DNA of 61,946 nucleotides, the filler included, from Bipalium vagum (lineage: Eukaryota): NCBI GenBank assembly GCA_037834085.1. It is 3 parts of 3 records of this genome, joined end to end, with 100 filler letters (N's around TTAATTAATTAA, not from the genome) between each part and the next. Parts side by side here need not be neighbours in the genome. Positions count along the whole stretch, not along the records: positions 44,980 to 61,946 come from JBBMKC010084096.1; 2 more parts are not named here. One strand, given 5' to 3'. How positions within the stretch are numbered: position 1 is the stretch's first letter; each line of letters starts with the position of its first letter. Below the pieces are notes generated by a model. The model worked only from the letters and a program-made list of their open reading frames with translations, made no database searches and was not told the DNA's origin. Of this stretch, positions 45,062 through 59,045 are shown piece after piece. Made by a program: the position numbers and the translations under genes.

Positions 45062-45761
45062 TAATTTTAATTAACATTAATAAATTTTCATTTTATAAAA
45101 CGTAAATTATTATAAGTATAAAATGATTGAGAGTTTTCTAAAATTATTTTGATTGGCTTTGTATATATTAATTTTTGTAAAATCTTAAAATTGTGAAATT
45201 TATTTCTTAAAAGTAATTTCCATTTAAGGGTGATTTTGATTAATTATTTTTTAATTTTCTTCTAGAATTAATATTTTAAGCCTAAAATTTTTGATTAATC
45301 TTATTTCTATACATCTTATAAATCAATATAATTTATACTCACTTTAAAATTTAATTATTAATTAATTTTTATTTTAAATTTTCTGGATTAAAAATTTGTT
45401 TAAATGATTTTGAACATTTACTTCTATAAACAATTTTTCAACATATGTTATATCTATAATTAAAAAAGCTTTTTCAGGTTATCATTATTTACCATATAAA
45501 CTGTAAGAAATCTTGCTTAACCTATAAATTTGTTTTATTAATTTAATTGCCAATAATGTTGATATTTGTAAATGACCCTTCTTCAATTATACATTTGTTA
45601 AATAAATATCATTAATTAATACAATTTTAATGAAATAGTTTACAACTTGTAAATTATTTAAATTTATTATTTAATAAAAATAATTAAAGTTTTCTAAATA
45701 AATGTAGATAATATTATTTTAAACTTTTCTATATAAAATATTAAATAATTTTAGGTTTTAA

Positions 45762-48700
45762 ATGGAAATCGAAGTTCTTGATCTAAGTCAAAAGCCTATG
45801 TGTTTGAGTGAAAATGACTTACCAACTGCAATGGATCTTTCTCAAAAAGTTCATTCTCAAGTAAAATTTTTCTTGAAATTTCTCCGTTGAGAATAAAATG
45901 GATTTAAGGGGTCAGGTGTAATATGCTTAAGTGAAGACGAAGATGACGATAGTATTAATCAGTTATTGAACAAACTTAATATAGAAAAGCCATCGTTTAA
46001 AACTATTGAAGCTTGTCAACTGTTACTGCATCAACTTGATGAAAGACTGCGAAGTGAAGAAACCATTGAAATATTATTGGCGCAAATGAAACATACACAG
46101 AAGAAAATTCCATCATTGGTAACAACAGGAAACTCGAATCCAATACGCCAAAATGGTCACTCCAATCCAACAACAACGAGCACAAACAACAACAGTTCCG
46201 CAGCTATTCAAACCTCATCCAGTCGAAATCAAAATATCGATAGCGGAGTAGAAACATCCCCCAGCAATCAGACAGACACCCTCGCAGTTTCTGGTAATCG
46301 CACTAGCGCCCAAAACGTGATCAATAGCGGATACACGAACAACAACGAAATCAGTAAATCGTCGTCGAATGCCGCTGGAATAACGACAACTAACGGTCCG
46401 AAAATGACACGAGAAATGGCTATGCAAGCATTGGATCAGCAATATCTGGCCCGGAAAGCATTGCTACGAAAGCATGCCGACAAAGCCCTTTCCGAAGTCC
46501 CTCTGTCTAGACCACCACAAGGTGCAATGGCTCAATCGGATCTCAATCTGATACCGAGTACGGCTACAAATGAATTTGTTGCTCTGGTGGGCTTGGAAGA
46601 AGTGGTAAAAAATTTACAGGTAAAATAAATTTTATCAATTGATGATTTATTTAACTATTTTATTGTTGATTTTATACAGTTATTAATTATTGACCAGATT
46701 TTTATTTCGGTAGTGATTTTTTTATTTCACTTTTAATGGTCAGTTATCTAGATTAATTATAATCAATAAACCGACTAGATTTAATGAAGATTTATTAAAC
46801 GGAAACTTTTTTTATCGAAAATTAATATAAATATAAACCAGGATCGTTTCAGATTATTCCATCATTAAATTTCACGTCTTTTTAAAAGATGTTTTTTAAA
46901 AATTATTAATTTTTAATAATTTGTAAAAGGTAAATCTTCTGTTATAAAACCACTTTGGGATTTAATTATCGAATTTATTCTTAAAACTAAAGCTTAATTT
47001 CAAAATGAGATTTCTTTTTCTACTTTCATTGAAAACGACTGAAAATTTTAATAGATTTTAAACAAGCAATATCGATTTTCATTTCAGTTTTTTATAAAAA
47101 TAAGGCTTTATTTCATTAAAGAAATTATTTTTATTATTTCTCCATTTGTTCATGTGTATGTACACTTCCTTTCTATTATCGATCTTTAAGGTTATAATAT
47201 TTACATTTGTGATGGCACCTTGTTTTGATTGGTTTTTCAACCACTTCACCATAAAAGGTTTTAATATTCTTTCGTGTTCCGTTTTTTCACCTTTATATTC
47301 AATAGTGACATGGTTTTTTAAAATTAATATCTCAATAATTATCAAATAAAAGAAGTGTTCATTGGATTGTATCATTTTTGTATTATATATTAATTAATTG
47401 CTTATTATTAATAACAATTACCATGTTCTCAATGCAAGAAATTAATTTTAAATCGATAAATTTGCTCAACACACAAAGCTAATTAAACAATCAATTGTTA
47501 TTTGATTTCGGAAGCGAAGCAACCCCAAACATGTCGATCAAACTCTTCTCCAATGACGAGAAGAGGTCATGGTCAAATGTCTTCTTGCATGTGAGTCGGT
47601 GACATTGTTATCGACTGGTTTGAAAATAGCAATTAGAAACGTGTCAACCAATCAATTGTGAGAAATAATTTTCATCTGGGTTATTATGGATATATGTCAA
47701 TCTTGTGAGTCATCTAAACGAATGCGATGTGAAACAAATAAAAAATGTGAAACCACCCGACTTCCTTTTCCCATCGAGAGCTAAATAATGATGCATGTAC
47801 GATCATGTTTGTTTGCCCGTGTGTGTTCCGATGCTTCAGCCTGTTTCTATTTCCACTTAATCTCTAAAAATATCTTTCCAAAACAGAAAAACGATATCGA
47901 TTCATTCTCATAATTTACAATTTTTCTCTTACATTCTACCAACCGTGTACAACAGTCAATAATAATATTAATAATAGTAAAAAAATTATTAATAATAAAA
48001 CTAAATTTTAATAAAAATAATTATGATAATAATGATTTTAATAATAATAAATTAATATCAATAAATAATAAATAATAATAATAACATCACTATTAAAAAT
48101 AAATTACAATAAAAATAATATACAAATAATTTTATAATAATAAATACATAATGAATATGATAATGATAATAATAAAAATAAATTATAATGAAATTAATAA
48201 TATATAAATAATCTTAATAATAAACTTAAATAGTAATAAAATAATTTAATAATATTATTAATAATATAACGATAACATCTTTTGTGTAATTCTTAAACAA
48301 TTCGAAAATTTCCGCTGCATTTGCAGACTGTTTTTTTTTCTATCCCCTAAATAAGTATTTTCACTTTTATTTGAAAGTCTTTGATAGTGTTCACTTCTTT
48401 CCATTTCCCCATAATTCAAATGATTGTTATAATGTTATTTTCTGTTCTTTCCTTAGCTCGGGGATCCATCTTGTCATTATTGATTGACTTCCCTTATGAG
48501 CGTGGCAAAATTTTTTGTGCATTAATTGGTTCTGCAGTGTCCGAATGGTAGATTGAAATCACTGCTGCACATTTCCGAGAATCTTTCCCACATCGAAAGT
48601 TTTATTATATATCGAGCAATCTTCCTTTTCTCAGATAAAATCGTTCTTTCTAATCCTTGATCTATTAAATTTATGCTTTCTTTCCGTTTCATTTTCTCAG

Positions 48701-49636
48701 ATAAAATCGTTCTTTCTAATCTTTGATCTATTAAATTTATTCTTTCTTTCTATTTCATTTTCCCATATAAGATTCCAATATATGAAACCTCATTTTGTTT
48801 TATCTTTATGTTTAGGCGAGAGAATCTTTCGAAATTTTTTATCTATTATCAGTCTACTTTAAACTTCGATCTCGTATAGATCTAATTATTTTTTCTCTTT
48901 ATTCACTTTTCTCTCTTTCATTTCCCTTTGGAATGGTTTCTATTTTAAGAGTTATTCCATTGATTTTTCTCACACCGTAATTTAGTTCTGCGGAAATTTG
49001 ATCAGCGCAGGTTCTATAAATATATTCATTGATTTTTTAAGTGATTATTACATCGGTCTTGTGAACTTTGTTTGTCTGTGGACTTTATAACTTCAACTTC
49101 TGTGACAAATAATTAACAATATTGAAACAGCCTAAAACGAAGCTAATTTCCACGGTGTGCTCCACATTTTCTCGTTAAATTTTTCTCACAGAATCACAGT
49201 TTTCCAAATAGAAAAAACTATCACAACGTTGAAGGCGTTTTCCAATAATTGCCACACTTGAATTGGAATGACTGATTTATACATTGTTAGTTTTTAACAT
49301 CAAGTAGAAACAATCTATTTTACAAATTGCACTATCGATTATCCATATTTGACTGTCAAATTGTCACAACGGAGACTGTACAGTGGTTTGGTATTTTGTC
49401 CATTGAATTGACATTTCTTTCCAAGAGAGCACCTTTGTTTCATTTACATATTTTTAAAAATATATTTGACAAACTTCGATCACTGACTTTTGAAATTGGC
49501 CGGTACCAACGAATGTGCCAAGAACGCAGTTTTAACCGACTCGATCATTGTTTGCCATTGATAAATAGTTACTCAATTTTAATCGAAATATTTCCGTTTA
49601 ATAATAATAATAATTATTATTGTATAATTAATAATA

Positions 49637-49688
<52 letters not shown>

Positions 49689-51604
49689 AATGTCTCACTT
49701 GGCACATTTTCGTACGCTTAATTTGCTAAACTTTATTTAGCTCTACTGGTTTTACTCGGTTATTTCTATTTTGTGATGCGATGATTATCTACGACTTAAG
49801 CACCTGATCAATTCGATAAGAGTTATCAATTTTTCTTTAGAAATCAACTAAGGTCTTCACAAATCTTAAAGTGGTTTTACAGAAATATCTATCTTTACTT
49901 TAATTAATTTTATTAATTAGAGATTTTTATTTATCGATTTTTTCTTTCTGAAAATGTATGATTTTTTTTTAATTATTACTTTTCTATCAATTTGAAAAAA
50001 TGATTTTCTCGGAAATACCAGATAGATTTGTGAGGTCGTCTGAGTTCCATTGAAGGATTTTTCTTTTTGTTGTTATTAAATCAATGTGAATAATTTTGAA
50101 ACTGTAAAAAATGCTATTGAAAAAGTAATTTGCGATCTTTGAAACTTATTTCATTTCTCTTTCAAATTTTATCAGTCAACAAATTTCAAAGTTTTGAGGG
50201 ATGATGATTTGAAAAAAAATCACACAATTCAAATTCGTGATGACTTTGAAAGTAGGAAATTCAATTAAAGATTTGCCTCGTCAATAAACTTTAGAAATGT
50301 CAATCAAAATTAGAACTCTTAATTTTTAATAATGGCAAAATAAATACCGAGAGAGGGCTTTCAGAAATCTTTTTTTTCAATTAATAAACTGATAATTTCA
50401 CTGTTGCTTTTGACCAATTGAAACTAATTTTTTAAAAATGAATTTTTAAGTAAATATTTGATATTATTTTATTCATTTTGAGCAGATTTTCGAAAGTCAT
50501 AAAAATGTATTGAGGAATTAAGTACTAACGTAAAATAATAATAATAGTAATAATAATAATAAAAAAAAAATAATATTAAACCGAATTTAAAGAAAATTGT
50601 TTTATTTATTATTATTAAATTATTCTTAAATTATGAATGGGGAATTAATGGATTAGTTTTATTTTTATATTGTCTTGGAACATTTTGAAGTTTTATATTA
50701 ATTAATAATAATAATATTCTGCTTTCTCTCTTGATAAATCGACCTCAAACCAGTCATAAGAATCCAGAATTTTATAAGTAGAAGTTATTCTTGTTTGCAA
50801 CAATTTCCGTTAATAATGATACACATGGTTAAATATCTGACATACATTTTAAGGAGTCCCGTAAAACATAAATCGAAATATAAGGGTTTTTAAGAAAATC
50901 ACATTTATTGATTTTAAAATCTATATAAACTTTATTAAATAGCTAATAATCTATTTACATTTAAAACAGGAATATCGTAATTTGGCGTTGGGATACAGTG
51001 CAAACGAAGTTCGGATGGTTTTTACTCCCTTTAATTGTGTCCAATGTGGCACTGATTTTACCCCACTTTGGAAACGAGAGCGTCCCGGAAGTAGTAAAGT
51101 GGTTTGCGAGTCTTGTTGCGGTGAGAATTATCGTCGAGCCCTGCAGAATGATTATCAGGAAAAGATTCGATTGGTCCTAAAGAAATATCAAGATCAAGTA
51201 AGTTTTTTCGTGTAAAATTGAATGTCGATAATTTTTTTACTGAAAATGTAATTTAATAACAAAGCTTTACATACCTGCCTTGTATGATGAAATTGTTCCT
51301 TAAAATATTGATTTTATCGACAATACCAATAAAATTGAAAAATTGAAATCGATCGATAGACTGAATTTAAAAAGTTTTATACTTTTTCTTATAAACAACG
51401 ATATTTTGAAAACAATCGTAAAAGCGATAGTGCGATTAATTATTGATTTATAATGAAGAGTTATTATCCATTTTATTGAGTGAGATCAATTTTAAATAAC
51501 GAGCTTAATTTGTTCACGGATATCTTAGTTGTGAAGAGTAAACAACGTTGAAACACTTATTAAATATGATCGTAAATCGGAATAATAATAATAAGTGTAA
51601 TAAT

Positions 51605-51641
<37 letters not shown>

Positions 51642-54600
51642 TGAAAAATTAATTAAAATATAATTTAATGATTAAGTTAATTTTAAAAGAATAAGTCAAT
51701 GATATTAAAACATAATTGAGAGGAGACTCGGAATTGTTTAGATTAATCTTTTTCAATTGTGATTATTGTTAAAAGTAGTCAGTCCACGACAATAATGAAA
51801 GAAACAGTAGGAAATTAATATCACTAATTAGAAATCTGTAATAGAAAAATTGATTTTTGTGGAGAATTTATTTTTTAATGAAATAGTTTTTTCTATCTTT
51901 CGCAATATATTTTGTCTGTCCCATTGTTAATATTGGCTGAAAAATTGCTTTCCTATTTTGTCGAAAATTGATAAAATAATAAAAATAAAAAAAATTGATA
52001 AAATACTAAAAAAAATCAATATACAGATCATACCAGAAAAGCGTAATTGTAAATTTTCAGATTTACATTTTTTATACTTGATATTACAGATATTACAAAA
52101 ATTGATTTTAATTGTTTATAAAATATTTTCAAGAAATAATTTAATGTTTGTCTCCAGACCTAAAAAGTTCCGCGATTTACGTCAATGATTGTTTTAAGTT
52201 GAATTGCAAGCGATCTATAAGTTGTAAATGTAATATTATTAATTATAATATAAAATCAATTACCTAATTGTAATTATTCGAAAGAAATCCACCAATTCTT
52301 TTAATAAGCTAAATATATGTCGCAATAAATTCCAAACAAGGAAGAAATTAGTTAAATTATTAAATTTTATTTCCTGAATGGAAAAAATGCCACAAGTCGC
52401 AAAAAATAGATATGATGTTTATGAAACTAATACTGTATCAGAGAGAGCAGGAAAGGTTATAGACTAAAAAGAGCATATTTGATTTAAAAAGCTTATTTAG
52501 AAAGTTTTTCATTAAAGTTTTTATTAAAGTTTATTTATTGGTCACCCAATATTAAAGGGTGCACGAATTGAAGTAGATTTTAATGATAATGATGGTCAAT
52601 CGATTTTAATGTTATCTGCGCACTGTATACATGTTGTTATAAATTGTATAAATGATTGATGCAATGTGACTGTTGAGATTGTGCAGTTGACTGAAACATG
52701 TACATCGGCGCAAGAAAACTTAGACAGACAACGGTTTTATTTATTACTTAATAATTCTCAAAATTCATAGTCAAAATTCTTATCAAGTATTCTGTTTTCT
52801 TATTTTCATGCTTTTTTTACTTTTAACAAGAGAAAATGATAATTTTATCGAAATTCCAGATGTTTTTTATCGAACGATTTCTCGTTATCTAAATCCATAT
52901 TTAACTTAACTTTTTAAAGTATCTTTTTCTTCTGATGGAATTATAAATTGAACAATATATATATTATATATAAACAGAATTAATAAAAAATAATAATAAT
53001 AATCTCAAAGTAATTAATTTCGTTTTAAGAGAAGTAAAAATCTCAAATCAAATTTATTAAACTAAATTATTCATTGAAATAAATTTTATTGTTATTTTAA
53101 ATCAAATTAAACCAAAACTTATTGATTTTTGAATTTTTATAATTAAAATTCAGATAATTAAAAAATCACTGTAACCTAAAAGCAATTTAAAAATGATTTT
53201 TAAAAAAACTAATATTGATTTTATTATTAAATTTTTCTATTTTTTTGAAAGTTATTAAACATTCATAAAATTATCAACAATCTAGTTCACAGATCTTTCG
53301 TCGTTCTTCGATTATTTTAGTTCTTATTGACTAAATAATTACCATAAACAACCTTGAAACCTTAGTTTGACGAACAGCCGACCTTTATTTTATTCTTATC
53401 TCTTAAAATTTGTTACGGTTGAAAATTAATTAATTGAAAAACAGAAACATTCATAATAATTGGTCATCTAAAAAATTTTTCGTTTTACAAGTAAGAAAAA
53501 AACTGCGTTTTCTGCATTTATTATCAGAATTCAGTAAATAATTTTTGCATTGTCTTCTCATCAAATTGTCACAAAAATTATGTTCTAGAGATTGGTCTGT
53601 AACTTTTTTACGATTTTTCATTGGATTTGTAATTTTCTGGATATTACTTTCTGTTGCTTTCTTTTCTATTCTACTTTTTTGGGGATTGTCTTAAATTCTT
53701 TACCTAAAATATTATTTTGTTTTATTTTCAACTGTTACATTTGCTGTGAATTTTGTTATTGAAAATCAATTATTTTCTAAAAATAGGGCTGAAAAAGTTA
53801 GAAAAACAATTTCAAATTGTTGATCGATATTTTTTTTTATATATTACAATGGTATTTTAAAACAAAATTCCTCTATTAATATGGAACAAGAGAACCAAGA
53901 ACCAATGAGTGACATTTTTCAATTATTTTTCTATCGACAATAAGCAGTAAAACTAGGTCAATTAAAACAATGAGTCTCATCATTTGGTAACAAGTACATA
54001 TGCAAAACATTTTTGTGTGAAAATTGTCATTTTTTCAATTTATTTTCAAAATCTATTTTAAGCTCCGGAAGTTCTTTGTTATTCATCAGATCTATTTTGC
54101 AAAAACCATTCTTCACGGTTTTGTTTTAACTTGAACAAATTGAATAAAATATTCATTGAAATTTTGTCATTGAAAATTTACTGAAAATAATCCCCATAGA
54201 GTTTTTGGTAATGCAAAAGAGACAGTTCCAATGAAATAATAATTCAATGAAATCATCGACAGTTAATCGAGGAAAAAATCATTGTACGTGGGACATTCAC
54301 ACAGGTTAGCTGAATTCCAACACGACAGAAGATATTGTGATTAGTGAATGTTGAGAGATTTTCAGTTTTCCGTGGAGATATCTGAACAAGAAAAGGCACG
54401 AGACAGTAATGAGAGAGTTGAAGAAAATGGCTTAATTGATATGGAAAATATTCTTCTTTTACATAAATAAAGTTATTGTGTGAATATTTACAATTGAGAA
54501 TACGCATTTCTTGAGAGTAATTACAAATGTAAATTGTTAACTACTTTAATTGCTAGATTGTTTAAAGTTTCACTATGAACAGATTGTTTAAAAATCAATA

Positions 54601-57600
54601 CTTTTTTGATTTTTTCTGAAAAGATTTTCTCTTTTTCTGTTTTTTTAAACTAAAATCGAAATTAATATTACAATTTTCCTTTTTTCAAGATTCTGTTCAC
54701 AAAATTATTCTTTCCTGTTTACTGTTTTTAAATAGGCCTTTTTCGTTTCGTGTTGGTGATTATTTACTTTTTTTATACAATCTTACAAGTTTTTTTACTT
54801 TCTTTTTATGTCCGAGTCAATGATATTTTTTTAATTTTCTTTAACTATCTCTGTTTCTCTACTGATAAAACCGTGTCAAAACATACATTATGAATAGTAA
54901 ATAAAATTTGCATTTTGGAGGAATATATTCTGTAGTATCAATAGAAAGACAATTTAATTCTGTTACCTCAGTTTATCGAACTAATGTTTCATTTTTTATT
55001 TCTCAACACACAGTGGATGAATGGTATTGAATTGGTGAGTGTTGAGAAATTCCCAATTGTCTGTGAACATTTTAAGATCAATAGTAAGAGAAGAAATAGA
55101 CTTTTGTAAAATATTCTCTCTGTACATAACAGTGACTGTGAACATTATTAAGAATAAACAAAGAATCAAATTAATGCAAATTAAGACCGAGTATCATAAT
55201 GATTATGGACCTTATAATTCCAAGCCCCGTCAAATGAATTCATGTTTGTTTTACTGTATTGAAACATTGGTTATGTGATTTATTTTACTGAGGAAGTTCA
55301 GATTTTTTCATTACATTTTTAACACAGGAATTTAAGTTACTTAATTATTACATTTATATTTATTATTATTATTATTTTATTAATATTAATATTAATATTA
55401 TTTTTATTGATTAATCTTATTTCTAAATATTACAATATTTCTTACTGATTTTTACTTTCGATTTTTCTTATTCATTTTTTTTTCAATTAATCACCAGTTT
55501 ATAATCAATAATATAAATTTTAAAATTCAGAATTATATTATTAGGTTGAATATTTTTTTATTAATTTAAATAAATAGAAAAATAATTTTCCCTTAACCAT
55601 GATTGATGAATATCCAGATTTTTTACATTTTTCTTTGTTTTTAGATGTCATAAAATTCATAGTAAGGATTTTCAAAAAAATATTTCTTTAAATATTAATT
55701 ATTTTTTGAAAATCATGCTCAGCCAAATGAAAAGAATTCAAACTATTACTTATAATGAGCTTATTCCATATATTTTTAAATTCTAAAATGAAATTCTCAT
55801 TCTGAGATTTCGATCAATATTTTCCCTCTACATATTCATCTGAATGTAATAATCAATTGTTCAGGGTAAGCGCAATTTTTCATTTAAAGAACACTCTTAC
55901 CACGAATATAAATATTATTTTTATTTTTCTCCATTTGTTCTTCTTTCCACTGCAAAATTGTCAGGTAGAATTTTAATTTGATTCGTTTCTCGAAAATATT
56001 CATTTTCTTTTCTCCTTCTGTATTTCTCAGTCTAAATGACAGTTGAATTTTTAAATGAGATTTCTAGATTAATTTTAGAATTCATTCGTTGATTTATTAT
56101 TATTTTTATAAATTATTACGAAAAATTGAAAATGAGTTTTCATAGACAAAATTGATTTATATTTCTTCAGGATATTTTAGAACATAACTAAAAATTCTGT
56201 TTTCTTTAACAAGTTTTTACTCATGAATTTAGGAACGTGACTTGGACCGTGATTATAAAGACATGTTAGACAGTCCTAAAAAATTCGAATTATTCCGTAA
56301 AGAACAAGAGAAAAAGTTGCTGGCAATGAGCACTCCAAACAACAGGTCCAATACAGCAGCCACACAACCAGGATCTCGAGCTTCAACAACTGGACATCAT
56401 CACACGACCTCCGCAAACGCCGTTAGTGCTATACCATCACAGGGTCGACCAACTCATCGTTCGAGTAATATTGTCACTACGGCTAATAATTCTGGCCGGT
56501 CAGCCCCGACCACCGGTTCCCAGCAATATGGGCAACAGATGCGTCATCAGAATTCCACGGCAAGTGGGATAAACGCTTCCTCAACAACAACATCTCAGTT
56601 AACTGTCGATCAACTTGCTTATATGCAGATGTTTCAGGCCCTCAACCAACTTGGTTCATCGAGCACTCGTGAGTCATATTGTAATAATTTTATTGATACT
56701 TTGTTATTTTTTAATCGAATAAAAATAAATTTTTATTATTATTATTAGGTATAAAATTTATTGACTTAATACTATAATCAATGGAGATCGAAAAATATTT
56801 GATTGAAGTTGAATTCAAAAAATTGATTTTGAAAAAAGATTAAATAGAAAATTGAGAAGGAAGGAAATAAAAAATTAATTAAAATTGATTTTTTAAGTCA
56901 GTAAAACAATATTGTAATTATATATATAAAATGTTGAAAGACTTCATATCGATTATAAAATGTTTTGTTTCACTTTGTAATCTTAATCAAAGTCAATATT
57001 TATTATTACTGGGTCAAATAATAATCGTCGATTAAAGAGTGAGAGAAAAGAGTCGATAATAGATCTATAAGTAGTGGCTTTCAATTTAATGTATCCAACA
57101 TTATATGATGGAGGGATTAAGAAATCTTTTAAATGATTACTCTTTTATTCCGTGTTAATTTCAAAAACAGTGTCAGAAAAGCAAGTAATTTAGCAATCAA
57201 AATCTTAAATCGATTTTTTGCTTTGTTGTCAAACATTTATTTAATGTTTGGTTCTCAATATTGATTTAATGATTCATTTTTGAAAAGCAAATAAAGGACA
57301 GAAACAGACGAAATGTGAGTTGAAACGAGCAATTACAGCAAACGAAGGAACTGGTGTTCTTTGTCGCCGTATTCTCGTGTAAAATTCCTCTCGACTTTGT
57401 ATTCTAGAACCATCGATTGTCACTAATCTACGCGATGCAGACTTGATAAGATATTTTAATGATGGTAAAAATCAGTCTCTCTTGATAACTTGATAATGTT
57501 CTGAACATTTCAACAGTTGTCATCTATCCGTCAATTCACATTTTAATCAATAACAGAAAATTCCAATTTCTTGACATTCTTTGTCACATTTTTTTACAAA

Positions 57601-58660
57601 GATTTTTTCCCATTTTCATAATTCAGTAATCCATGTCCTGCTTGTTTAACTTGATTATTGATCGAATTTCTTTTCGGAGTTTTTTTGCGTTTTTCCCAAC
57701 TACCTAGGGTGAATTCTGTATACTTTTTTTCTACTTTGGTTTCCGGAGTTTTTATCTTCCTGAGATTGGAGTACAGTGAAAATATTTAAAATTTTTTATA
57801 ATAAGAACAGTGAAAAATGGAGTTTTTCTGATAAATTATTTTGATTGACTCAAATTATTTAATTTATTACTTACAAATATTTATTCCAATCACATAGAAT
57901 TTCTCACTTTTCCTTCTTGTGAATTTATCTTTGAAAGATAAAAATTTTATTTTTTTAAAAGATATTTTCGAATTAATGAAAATAGTTAATTTCAATTTTC
58001 AATTGACATTATTTGTGAATGTCTTTATATTTTTAAATGTCTAATAAGTTTAAAAGACTAAAAGTTATTTTGTGGATCATTTCCTACTCTTTTTCGGTGA
58101 ATCAAATGATCGTTTATTTTGAAAATAATAATAATGTTTATAGAAACTTCATTTTATCCATTCGCACCCATCCGTCTACAATAGCACTCTTTAAAACCAA
58201 TCTGTAATAAAAATTTAGTCGAACCTTTCTCTATTTATTATCTTTTTCATCATCATTTGTGATGACGGTGAGTAGTATCGTCATTTTCTTGAAAATGGAA
58301 AGAACCAACGAAAGTCAACGTTTCATTATATCAAAACCAATGATACTGTCTCATTGTTTATTTCTTTCTCTTTATGTAGTGAACCAACAAGCTTCTCGTC
58401 AGCAGCAGCAACTCATGCAGCAGATTCTTCAAATGGCCTACATGAGCAGTGCCACTAGCCTGCTGGGTGGCTCCACCAACAATGCGGCCGCAAATTCATT
58501 CGTCCAATTCCTGAGCAACATGGCCGGTCTCCTCAACAATCCCACCAGTACACCTGATACCACTGGCGCTACTGGCAACAGTACCACCAATAACGCTCTT
58601 CTGAACTATTATCTATCGATGCTGCAGCAGCAGCAGGCGGCAGCAAACTCTGACAAATGA
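45762..58660 (+). CDS. GATAD2: p66 / GATAD2A/B-like transcriptional repressor (NuRD subunit), ~584 aa, 5 core coding exons
   Basis: Exons 45762-45860, 45909-46619, 50970-51197, 56233-56668, 58380-58660 (1755 nt, in frame). Domains: CR1 coiled coil (QLDERLRSEETIEILLAQMKHTQ), CR2 (ALLRKHADKALSEVP...LIPSTATNEFVALVGLEEVV), GATA-like finger PFNCVQCGTDFTPLW...CESC, and a Q/N/S-rich C-terminus. Confidence 0.9.
48626..48761. repeat. 66-bp tandem duplication (2 copies)
   Basis: TTTTCTCAGATAAAATCGTTCTTTCTAATC... starts at 48626 and again at 48692 with few substitutions. Confidence 0.85.
55014..55034 (+). CDS. candidate 21-nt alternative micro-exon of p66 (WMNGIEL)
   Basis: Branch-like CTAAT, then a pyrimidine tract, then cacag|TGGATGAATGGTATTGAATTG|gtgagt. 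Phase 0/0 matches the host intron. Confidence 0.65.
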
Positions 58661-59045
58661 TTCGTGATGATGGTCGTCGTGCTTACAAGACTCTCTCCAA
58701 TGACTCATGCGTATTTATTTGTGTACAAGTCTATTTGTTTTTTACTATACAAATTTTTATGAGCCTTTTCCTTATTGATTGATGCTCCCGTATCACCGAA
58801 ACTATTATCATTTATTATTTATTGATAATAATAATAATTATTTATTGATTATTATTATTACTATACTAATTAACTAATTAATTCGATTTGTCAACCTAAT
58901 GGAAATATGGGAAAATTATCGCATTGTGCAATTAATATTTAAACGTTTCTTTTCTGGTCATTGTTACGCTTTCTATATTTTATTCTTGATGTTTATCAAT
59001 CAAGTTATTTTTCTATTATTTTCCGATGAAAGTTAGTGACACGAT

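Noticed and set aside
49327-49683. 118-aa ORF ending in poly-Tyr
   Set aside because: The tail is a (TAT)n microsatellite, the start is non-ATG and no splice support was found.
55807-55871. Strong donor CAGG|gtaagc in p66 intron 3
   Set aside because: No convincing acceptor gives a frame-preserving exon (the best is 59 nt after a weak GAG).
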